NCBI GenBank assembly: GCA_964589775.1
Contig: CAZPUN010000020.1
Span: 30,118-62,117, forward strand
DNA: 32,000 nucleotides
Direction of reading: 5' to 3'
Source: an uncultured archaeon
GTDB taxonomy: Archaea > Asgardarchaeota > Thorarchaeia > Thorarchaeales > CAZPUN01
Within the stretch, counting starts at the first letter, position 1. Each line of letters starts with the position of its first letter. Of the stretch, positions 24,877-32,000 are shown piece after piece. The notes under the pieces were generated by a model. That model saw only the letters and a list, made by a program, of their open reading frames with translations, was not told the origin of the DNA and made no database searches. The position numbers and the translations under genes were made by a program.

Positions 24877-25836
24877 ATGAGTAGTGAAAAAACACTTATT
24901 ACACCGCTATTAAAAATTATGAATTCAATAATGGAGATTATAGACCCAGAACAAAATGAACAGTTCGTAATTTTAACAGAAAAAAACATTGACAAGGCAA
25001 GCTTAGAGATCTTATTGAAAGAGGGATTATTATTAAGAACCCAATCAGAATCATACAAGGCTAATTTATCAGGAATAGTAAAAAAGACCCTGAAAATTAT
25101 TGAGATAATGTACGATAATGACATAAAAGAACCTAACGAAAAAAAGAAACTTAGGGATTTATCAATCGAATATAGCAAACAAGCAGCTGCGATAATCCAC
25201 ACTTTTATCGACAAGCATATAATAAATGAAAGTTTAATCAATATTCTACTAAATTTCGAAGACCTAACACATGCAATCGAAGAATTACAAGGATATAAGG
25301 ACCAACTTACGGTCGCAGGATATTATGTAAAACTAAGTGATGGAACATATAAATTCAATATGTCTTCTGATTTAATAGACGTAATAGAAAAGTGCAATGT
25401 GCAAATTGATTATGTATCCACATTAATTGAAGAATACATGAATAGGGTAATAGAAATAGAAGATGCATTAGACAAATATCCACGGTCTATTAAAAAGATT
25501 GATGATAAACACATTCAAATAACACTCACAGATTATGTTATCACAAAGGACCATCCATATTATGCACAATATGTTATGTTACTACAAGAAAATCTTGACG
25601 ACATTGAAAATGCGGTTAAAAACAAATATGTTGAACTACAAAAGAATCATGAGATATTACAAGATATCATTCCAACATTAAAAGAAATATTGATAACTGA
25701 TGATCGCTTTATTGAAATAGTTTCAGATAACATGTATGCAAATCTCATAAAATTACGAGATTCACACTTTACATTTCTAAATAAAATGGAAATAATATTA
25801 GAGCATGTTGCAGAGATAAAAAATACATACAATTAA
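24877..25836 (+). CDS. Hypothetical helical protein with repeated helix/beta-hairpin units
   Basis: 319-aa ORF filling the gap; no family recognised. Confidence 0.75.
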   Translation: MSSEKTLITPLLKIMNSIMEIIDPEQNEQFVILTEKNIDKASLEILLKEGLLLRTQSESYKANLSGIVKKTLKIIEIMYDNDIKEPNEKKKLRDLSIEYSKQAAAIIHTFIDKHIINESLINILLNFEDLTHAIEELQGYKDQLTVAGYYVKLSDGTYKFNMSSDLIDVIEKCNVQIDYVSTLIEEYMNRVIEIEDALDKYPRSIKKIDDKHIQITLTDYVITKDHPYYAQYVMLLQENLDDIENAVKNKYVELQKNHEILQDIIPTLKEILITDDRFIEIVSDNMYANLIKLRDSHFTFLNKMEIILEHVAEIKNTYN

Positions 25837-26852
25837 CTTAATTTACAATTCAATGCAGACCATAATGCATCAGTGTCAGGACGTACCAAATATTCAGATT
25901 TCCCATTTTTAATTAAGATTCTTTCGTTTGGATCGTCAAGAATAACGCCAATAATATCTGCAGGTATTCCATTTTTATTCAATACATCAACAATATTTTT
26001 TGCTAATTCATTCTTAGCAACAATAAGAAGAGCTCCACTACTAATGAGTTCCAGTGGATTAATATTAAGCAAATTACAAATCATTTTCGTCTCTTCTGCG
26101 ATTTTTAATTTTTCAAAATAAACTTTAAATCCAACTTCGGATGCATCTGCAAGCTCATGCAGCGCATTTGATATACCACCCTCAGTAGGATCGTGCATTG
26201 CAACAACTCCACCGGTTTGATATGCCAATACACCATCATTTACAACACTAACGTATTTGCGAAATGATTTTGCACTTTCAACAATAGAACGTGGTAAGTG
26301 GTCTAGTAGAAGTGATTCACATTCCTCAGCAATTATTGCAGTGCCTTCAATACCAACAGATTTTGTAAGAATTAATACATCACCTGCTTTTGCACCTGAA
26401 GAGGTTACAAATTCATTGTGACTGGTCTCGCCAATCATGGTACCAATAATAATGGGCTGCTCTAAGAAATCAGTGACTTCAGTATGACCACCAATAATGA
26501 AAATACCCAATTCACCAGCAGCTTTTCGGATTTGCGAAACAATAATATTTAGCATGTCCTCCGTTGATCTTTTAGGCAGCAAAATTGTAGTAAGCATCCA
26601 TTTAGGTCGAACTCCATGTGTCGCAACATCATTTGCATTTATATGAACAGATAACCAGCCAATACTTTTGATTGACCCAGTTATAGGATCTGTTGTAATT
26701 ATAAGATCTCGGTCTGAAATCCGTATTATAGCCGCATCTTGTCCTAGTGCAGGTCCTACAATCACATTTTCATCATTAATTGGCAAATTGTTGAAGACGA
26801 CTTTTGTGAGAATCTCTGGCGGAACCTTTCCAGGAAGAAGATATTTTTCCAT
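25833..26852 (-). CDS. AIR synthase-related (PurM/HypE-like) protein
   Basis: GKVPP, GPALGQDAA, TDPIT, NANDVA, IIGGHTEVT and MHDPTEGG; lacks the HypE C-terminal PRIC. ATG 26852 with GGAGTGA RBS. Confidence 0.9.
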   Translation of the reverse strand: MEKYLLPGKVPPEILTKVVFNNLPINDENVIVGPALGQDAAIIRISDRDLIITTDPITGSIKSIGWLSVHINANDVATHGVRPKWMLTTILLPKRSTEDMLNIIVSQIRKAAGELGIFIIGGHTEVTDFLEQPIIIGTMIGETSHNEFVTSSGAKAGDVLILTKSVGIEGTAIIAEECESLLLDHLPRSIVESAKSFRKYVSVVNDGVLAYQTGGVVAMHDPTEGGISNALHELADASEVGFKVYFEKLKIAEETKMICNLLNINPLELISSGALLIVAKNELAKNIVDVLNKNGIPADIIGVILDDPNERILIKNGKSEYLVRPDTDALWSALNCKLS

Positions 26853-26881
26853 TTTAGACTTCACTCCCTACTAGGTACGGG

Positions 26882-26982
26882 TGCGTGCCACTTTGTTCCT
26901 GCTCATGAGACAGAATATCATCGTATTCAAATGAACTCTCAATTCTGCACTATGAGAGCTAGGAAAATACAAGTGGCACGCA
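26882..26982 (-). ncRNA. Box H/ACA pseudouridylation guide sRNA (K-turn hairpin), predicted target LSU rRNA helix 69
   Basis: Minus strand folds as a 12-bp outer stem, a lower stem UCCU(A)GCUC/GAGCAGGA, a pocket UCAUAGU/CUCAU, an upper stem GCAGAAU/AUUCUGU and a K-turn UGA/GAUGAU. ACA lies 13-14 nt below the upper stem, and a TTTAAAT TATA-like element lies about 25 nt upstream. Confidence 0.8.
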
Positions 26983-27043
26983 ATTCAAATATGGAAAAGT
27001 TAATTTAAAGATTGTCTATAAAGACATACGAGGGAGAATTAAA

Positions 27044-27883
27044 TTGAACGACCAAGTAAAAATTGCACTAATTGGAGGTTCTGGCTTATATCATTTAATT
27101 GAGAATCCTAAAATTACTATTTTAGATACACCATGGGGCAAGTCTCCACGTATTGATATTGGGTACATTGGGATACATAAAATTGCATTTGTATCGCGAC
27201 ATAGTAAACCTGGAGTGTCGGATAAACAGACGCACGCTGTACCACCGCATATGGTAAATTATAAGGCATATATTTATGCATTAAGACAATTAGGTGTTGA
27301 AAGAATTATTGCGACTACGGCAGTAGGTTCATTAAACAAAAAAATTAAACCGGGTGATTTCGTCATCTTAGATCAGTTAGTTGATTTTACGAAAAGAAGA
27401 AGCTACACATTTTTTGACGGAACAGTACCTATAGAAGTTGAACCAAATAAGATAATCAATGGCGTCGCACATGTTGATTTTACTGAACCATATTGCCCAG
27501 AAATCCGAACTGCATTAATTGAAAGTTGCAAATTACAAAACATAAAGTGTCATACAAGTGGAACATATGTAGCAATGGAAGGTCCACGTTTTGAAACTAG
27601 AGCCGAAGTAAAATTACTTTCGTCATGGGGAATGGATGTAGTAGGCATGACACAATCGCCAGAAGCAATATTGGCACGCGAATTAACCATGTGCTATGGG
27701 GTTGTATCAATTGTAACAAACTATGCCGCAGGAATAAGTAACCAGAAAATCACGCATGAAGAAGTTGTTGAACTATTTAATCAAAAAATGAAAGATTTAA
27801 AAAGTATTATACAAAATGCGATTAAACTCATTCCAGAAGAAAGAAATTGTACGTGCAAAAGTGCTCTCGATGGTGCTCAATAG
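27044..27883 (+). CDS. mtnP: S-methyl-5'-thioadenosine (or methylthioinosine) phosphorylase
   Basis: IGGSG, TPWG, SRH, AVGSL, HVDFTEPYC, MEGPRFETRAE, VVGMT..PEA.LAREL, VTNYAAG and C-terminal CxC. The NYAAG motif means MTI-phosphorylase specificity is also possible. Confidence 0.9.
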   Translation: MNDQVKIALIGGSGLYHLIENPKITILDTPWGKSPRIDIGYIGIHKIAFVSRHSKPGVSDKQTHAVPPHMVNYKAYIYALRQLGVERIIATTAVGSLNKKIKPGDFVILDQLVDFTKRRSYTFFDGTVPIEVEPNKIINGVAHVDFTEPYCPEIRTALIESCKLQNIKCHTSGTYVAMEGPRFETRAEVKLLSSWGMDVVGMTQSPEAILARELTMCYGVVSIVTNYAAGISNQKITHEEVVELFNQKMKDLKSIIQNAIKLIPEERNCTCKSALDGAQ

Positions 27884-27894
27884 GAGGCAAAATA

Positions 27895-29016
27895 TTGTCT
27901 GAAGAACATGAAAAGCATTCAGCATGGAAAGTACGAAAGTCAGAAGCGTTAATAGTAATTTTACTAATTTTAGGGTACATAAATTTTAGGTTTATAAATC
28001 ACAATGAAATTCTTATGATCATATTAGGTTTGACATTAGGCGTTTGGCTTGCATTCAGACCATCAGAATGGGCAGTAGAAGGTTTAGAGAATACTGCGGC
28101 ATATATGGGATTATCAGCATATATGGTAGGTGTTATTTCATCACTCGCATCAAATACGCCTGAGGCAGTTATTTCGGGTCTTACTGCTGTGCGAGGGTTT
28201 ACAACAGGTAATGCAGCAATGTTAGATATTGCAGTTATTAGTGTTTTAACAGCTGTTGGATTTAATATTATGATTTTAGGAATTATGATCGCAATTACTA
28301 TTAAAAAATACGGAAAAGTAAAGATACACAAAGATGTAATTGAAAAGGATTCAGAATTGATGACATGGACTTTCATTGTGTTACTAATCATATTTTCACT
28401 TGGAGTTATGGAAATGATTGGTTCTTTGCGTGCAGGCATTCCAGAGGAAAAATTTAGCCTAAGTCCATGGATCTCTGCAATTCTTGTAATTTCATATATA
28501 ACGTACATAATCTTCGTTTATCAAGGTCAAGAAGAAAAAGGTATAGCAAAACCCCATTTTTCAAAGAGATTAGGATATACACTCGCAATTGCAGGCTTTG
28601 CAGGAATATTCATGGGCGGCGAAATAATTACATCAAGTATTGAAACTATGCTTGAAAGTATAGATCTTTCACAATATGGAAATCCAGTCATATTAATTTC
28701 ACTAATTATTGGTCTTGCGGGTACTGTGCCAGAGCATGGTATTGCAATAACTGCAGCACACAAGGGGAAAGTCGATATCTCGATAGGTAACCTAATGGGC
28801 GGCATATTACAAGTAATTCTGTTAGTATTAGGCGGCATTGGCATGTTTGTCCCAATTCCACTTGATAAATATGTGATGTTTCAACTTATGGTTTCAGGGG
28901 GTGTCATTCTATTCTTAAAGTCGACAATTGTAGATGATGGACATCTAGACGCCTTCGAAGGAATAATGATGATAATATTACAACTAGTCGTATTCATCAC
29001 AATGATCATCGAATAA
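27895..29016 (+). CDS. CaCA-superfamily cation/Ca2+ (or H+/Ca2+) exchanger
   Basis: About 11 TMs with two alpha-repeats (SLASNTPEA, GLAGTVPEH..A...A..G...ISIGN..G); TTG 27895 follows an AGGAGG RBS. Confidence 0.85.
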   Translation: MSEEHEKHSAWKVRKSEALIVILLILGYINFRFINHNEILMIILGLTLGVWLAFRPSEWAVEGLENTAAYMGLSAYMVGVISSLASNTPEAVISGLTAVRGFTTGNAAMLDIAVISVLTAVGFNIMILGIMIAITIKKYGKVKIHKDVIEKDSELMTWTFIVLLIIFSLGVMEMIGSLRAGIPEEKFSLSPWISAILVISYITYIIFVYQGQEEKGIAKPHFSKRLGYTLAIAGFAGIFMGGEIITSSIETMLESIDLSQYGNPVILISLIIGLAGTVPEHGIAITAAHKGKVDISIGNLMGGILQVILLVLGGIGMFVPIPLDKYVMFQLMVSGGVILFLKSTIVDDGHLDAFEGIMMIILQLVVFITMIIE

Positions 29017-29031
29017 GATTTTATATTCCTA

Positions 29032-29682
29032 TTATTTTTTTATCCATGCATCTAGATACGGAATGATGTCACTAATATCCTCTGATTCAACAATGACTTC
29101 TGCAGAATTAGCAACTTCTTCAGAGTCAGGATTAAATGCAATTGAATGACCAGCTATCTTGAATACAGGAATATCATTATCACCATTTCCAACAAAGATT
29201 GTATTTGATAATGAAATGTTTTGCTCTTTTGCGATTTCTCTAAGGATCTTATCCTTGTTCCAATATTCAACAAAAACTTTTACTTTCCCATTCAATACAC
29301 CATTATCATGCAAGAGTACATTTGAAATCGAATAATCAAGATTGAATTTTTCTTTAATAATATCTGTAAGTATTGTAAGACCACCAGAAATTGCCGCAAT
29401 AACCACATCATGTTTTTTTAAATAATTCATCAAATCTTCAGTACCCTTACGAATACGAGTACGCTTTGCAATTTTTAGAATCCTATCGTAAGGAATACCT
29501 TTCCATAGTGCAGCATCTAACCTAGCCCACTCAGCGTAATCAAATTCACCTCGGAAAAAACGCTCGTAATATTCTTTTCCGGGGCCATCCCAGGTTCCTA
29601 ATTCCATATGTAGCCTGCCCCATATACTACGCTCAATGGTTAGAGTCCCATCTACATCAAATGCAACGATCCACCGAGCCAT
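29032..29682 (-). CDS. HAD-IB phosphatase (phosphoserine phosphatase-like)
   Basis: FDVDGTL, ISGG, conserved Lys, VGNGDND and IAFNP. Confidence 0.88.
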   Translation of the reverse strand: MARWIVAFDVDGTLTIERSIWGRLHMELGTWDGPGKEYYERFFRGEFDYAEWARLDAALWKGIPYDRILKIAKRTRIRKGTEDLMNYLKKHDVVIAAISGGLTILTDIIKEKFNLDYSISNVLLHDNGVLNGKVKVFVEYWNKDKILREIAKEQNISLSNTIFVGNGDNDIPVFKIAGHSIAFNPDSEEVANSAEVIVESEDISDIIPYLDAWIKK

Positions 29683-29699
29683 ATTAAAACACCATTCAA

Positions 29700-30386
29700 C
29701 TATTTCTTTCGCTCTGCTTCAGCTTCCTTTTTTAGTTCTTCAAGCTCTCTCAAAATATCATCACTATCTGAGCTACTCTCAGATTTCTTAGATTCTTTTT
29801 CATGGGTCTTTTCAGCAGGTTCTTTATCGCTTGCAATAGATGGTAAGCTAGCTTCTTTTTCGAGCGCAATTTCAGTTTCAAGTCGAACTAATTCAGAATC
29901 AACTTCGCTTTCAACATCAACATCCTCAGAGGCAAACCCAACATCAGTTGCAAGAATATCGCTTGCATCCATAATTAAACCGATAGACGCTTGTATATCC
30001 ATAAGCATCTGTTGCATTTTGGCAGGGTCAAGCATTCTAACAGATTCATCCAGAAGAACTTTTGCATGGGATAGAGCTACTCCAACTTCCTCAGTATCAG
30101 CTGCAGTTTGAATTGCAAGAATTGTATCCTCTAGATTCATAATTTGTTGACTGTATCGTTTTCTAATTATTTCCAATGCCTTTTTTCGTTTCAAATATTG
30201 CTTTGCTTGCTCTACATCACCTTTTGCTATAGATTCTTTTGCTAATCTACGAAGATTAGAAATATCCTCGTCAGTCTTTCTTTTCCGAAGAGTGAGCTTA
30301 TTAATTGTTGACCTAATTTTCATAATAGCTTGATCTCGTTCCTTAGATTTATCAGCGTAAATGAAACCTTTTAGCTTATCCCACAT
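29700..30386 (-). CDS. ESCRT-III Snf7-family protein (Vps20/32/60 class)
   Basis: Aligns by eye to Snf7/CHMP4: amphipathic MWDKLKGFI, AI.KIR..I..L, KGD...AK..LKRKK..E, NLE....AIQTA, LD..K, VDSEL..LE and a terminal amphipathic DILRELEELKK. Confidence 0.88.
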   Translation of the reverse strand: MWDKLKGFIYADKSKERDQAIMKIRSTINKLTLRKRKTDEDISNLRRLAKESIAKGDVEQAKQYLKRKKALEIIRKRYSQQIMNLEDTILAIQTAADTEEVGVALSHAKVLLDESVRMLDPAKMQQMLMDIQASIGLIMDASDILATDVGFASEDVDVESEVDSELVRLETEIALEKEASLPSIASDKEPAEKTHEKESKKSESSSDSDDILRELEELKKEAEAERKK

Positions 30387-30604
30387 ATTAAAGACCGCCT
30401 TAATATTTGCCCATTGACAATTATTTATTGTATAATTATATATAATATATTTTCCATTTGATTATATAATAGAATATATCTTCATTTCGCAAATTAATAA
30501 ATTTTCAGCCAAAGAGAAAAATTGATAATCAAATAACATAATCCGATAATGTTAATTATTAAAGTTGTTCTTTTTCCATAAATATTTAAAAAAGGCGATA
30601 AAAC

Positions 30605-32000
30605 ATGGCACTCAGAAAATGTCCGATGTGTGATGGCACTGGGGAAATAACATTAAACAAAAAGAAATGTGATGCATGTGGCGGTCTAGGAAGAACAAAA
30701 ATAGTTCTTGGATCTGCAATGAGCTCAAAGAAGAGTGATAAATACATATGCAAGAAATGCAATGGAACAGGATATATAGCACAGACAGATACCTGTCCAG
30801 TATGTAAAGGTAAAGGAAAAATTTCTGTTTGCTGGCTTTGTGGAAAAGAGATTCCATCCAGATTTACCTTATGTGAAAAGTGTCATGTTGATCCTGTAAT
30901 TTATAGATTAGTAAAACCATGCAGCGTGGATACTATTGAAGAAGGCCACGCATATATCGGTCGCGTACAACAAAAGAAAGATTTTGGACTATTTGTTGAT
31001 TTAACAGAAGACATACATGGGCTCATTAGACCCCACAATCTTCCAAAACGAAAATATAAACCAGGCGAAAGAATTGCAGTACGTGTTATTATGATTACAC
31101 CAGATAAAAAGATAGAACTTGAACCGATTCCAATTAAGAGATACACTATAAGAAATGTACATGACCCCATACCAAGACGAAAGATCTCGGAAATCGATAA
31201 TTTAGCAAAAGATGTTGGAGTATATATTTGGGGACTTGTAACAAATGTGACTCAAACACCCGGGCCTACAGCATTTACAGTTATGGATGAAACAGGCATA
31301 GTTTCTGCAGTAGCTTTTGAAAGTGCAGGCGAAAGAGCATATCCAGAAATAAACCAGGGCGACTATGTTGAACTAAGTGGTAGAATTACAGAACACAAAG
31401 GCGAAATTCAAATCGAAATTGAGGATATGTCAAAACTAGGCGAGGATGATGCAGCCAACTTTGCACGCGCAATCGAGGAAGCATTAGATAAGAGAGCAGA
31501 ACCCGAAGAAATTGATTTCTTAATTAAAAGTGATGTACTAGAACGACTAAAGCCAGATCTTCGAAAAGTAGCAAAACGCATTAGAAGAGCAATCTTTACT
31601 GGTCAAACGATTATAATACGACATCATGCAGATACCGACGGAATTAGCGCAGGTGTCGCATTAGAAACAGCAGCTTCTGCCTTAATCCAAGAAGTGGCAA
31701 AAAATCCGGATGCAGTACGATATAAACTGATAAGATCACCAAGTAAAGCGCCATTTTATGAATATGAAGATGCAGTAAGAGACCTATATACCTCAATTGA
31801 AAATTCAGAAAGATTTGGAGAAAGTATGCCATTAGTTGTAGTATTAGATATGGGCTCATCTCATGAAAGTATTAATAGTTACCTTAAATTAAAGGTATTT
31901 GGCATTGAAATTTTGGTTGTAGACCATCATTTTCCAGATGAACGCGTAAAAGAGATTGTCGATGTTCATGTGAATCCATATTATGTTGATGGAGATTATA
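30605..32000 (+). CDS. Archaeal RecJ-like DHH nuclease with N-terminal DnaJ-type Zn finger and OB/S1 domains (COG1107, HAN-like), 3'-truncated
   Basis: Not in ORF track: MALRKCPMCDGTG...CDACGGLG...CKKCNGTG...CPVCKGKG; S1 motif FGLFVDL...HGLI; QTPGPTAFTV.DETG; RHHADTDG; VDHH; HVNPY. Confidence 0.92.
   Translation, partial: MALRKCPMCDGTGEITLNKKKCDACGGLGRTKIVLGSAMSSKKSDKYICKKCNGTGYIAQTDTCPVCKGKGKISVCWLCGKEIPSRFTLCEKCHVDPVIYRLVKPCSVDTIEEGHAYIGRVQQKKDFGLFVDLTEDIHGLIRPHNLPKRKYKPGERIAVRVIMITPDKKIELEPIPIKRYTIRNVHDPIPRRKISEIDNLAKDVGVYIWGLVTNVTQTPGPTAFTVMDETGIVSAVAFESAGERAYPEINQGDYVELSGRITEHKGEIQIEIEDMSKLGEDDAANFARAIEEALDKRAEPEEIDFLIKSDVLERLKPDLRKVAKRIRRAIFTGQTIIIRHHADTDGISAGVALETAASALIQEVAKNPDAVRYKLIRSPSKAPFYEYEDAVRDLYTSIENSERFGESMPLVVVLDMGSSHESINSYLKLKVFGIEILVVDHHFPDERVKEIVDVHVNPYYVDGDY

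Noticed and set aside
25833-26852. hypE or selD call
   Set aside because: Lacks the HypE C-terminal PRIC and the SelD N-terminal Cys/Sec motif; no hydrogenase genes nearby.
26882-26982. Interpretation of the long inverted repeat as a MITE, SRP RNA, SECIS or riboswitch
   Set aside because: No target-site duplication or second copy in the window and no SRP or known aptamer motifs recognised; the K-turn, ACA and rRNA-complementary pocket explain it better.
30605-30890. DnaJ chaperone call from CxxCxGxG repeats
   Set aside because: No J domain/HPD motif; the repeats continue in frame into S1/OB and DHH domains typical of COG1107.
2292-31859. Numerous 60-170 aa ORFs overlapping larger genes (e.g. 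8433-8738, 14447-14815, 16174-16569, 22247-22669, 24852-25241, 27999-28508, 30612-30857, 31644-31859)
   Set aside because: They lie antisense or out of frame within well-supported CDSs and show no motifs.
1-32000. CRISPR arrays, tRNA/rRNA genes, transposases, prophage or defence islands
   Set aside because: None seen: no regularly spaced repeats, no cloverleaf-sized GC-rich islands beyond the two sRNAs, and no integrase or transposase motifs.

Overview
AT-rich, gene-dense archaeal chromosomal segment. It is very likely from an Asgard archaeon (inference): archaeal markers (AlaX, DUF2070, DUF126/UbiD, COG1107 RecJ-like, GGAGG/GGTGA ribosome-binding sites) occur alongside eukaryotic-signature proteins (Snf7-type ESCRT-III, a longin+roadblock-like fusion). 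I support about 32 CDSs, four of them missing from the ORF track: AlaX (1-687, partial), a 54-aa ORF (3925-4089), a 57-aa histone (19367-19540) and a COG1107 nuclease (30605-end, partial). Two unannotated guide RNAs can be read from the sequence: a box C/D sRNA (3773-3852) and a box H/ACA sRNA (26882-26982, minus strand). The H/ACA pocket is complementary to LSU rRNA helix 69, and both RNAs are closed by long terminal stems. The best candidates for undescribed systems are a translationally coupled pair of giant unknown proteins (879 + 804 aa), a small beta-barrel gene next to a CdvA-like coiled-coil gene, a stand-alone ESCRT-III gene, and a four-gene operon with a degenerate ABC ATPase and a SAMHD1-like HD pseudo-enzyme. 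I saw no rRNA, tRNA, CRISPR array or mobile element. All family calls come from motif recognition by eye; no searches were run.
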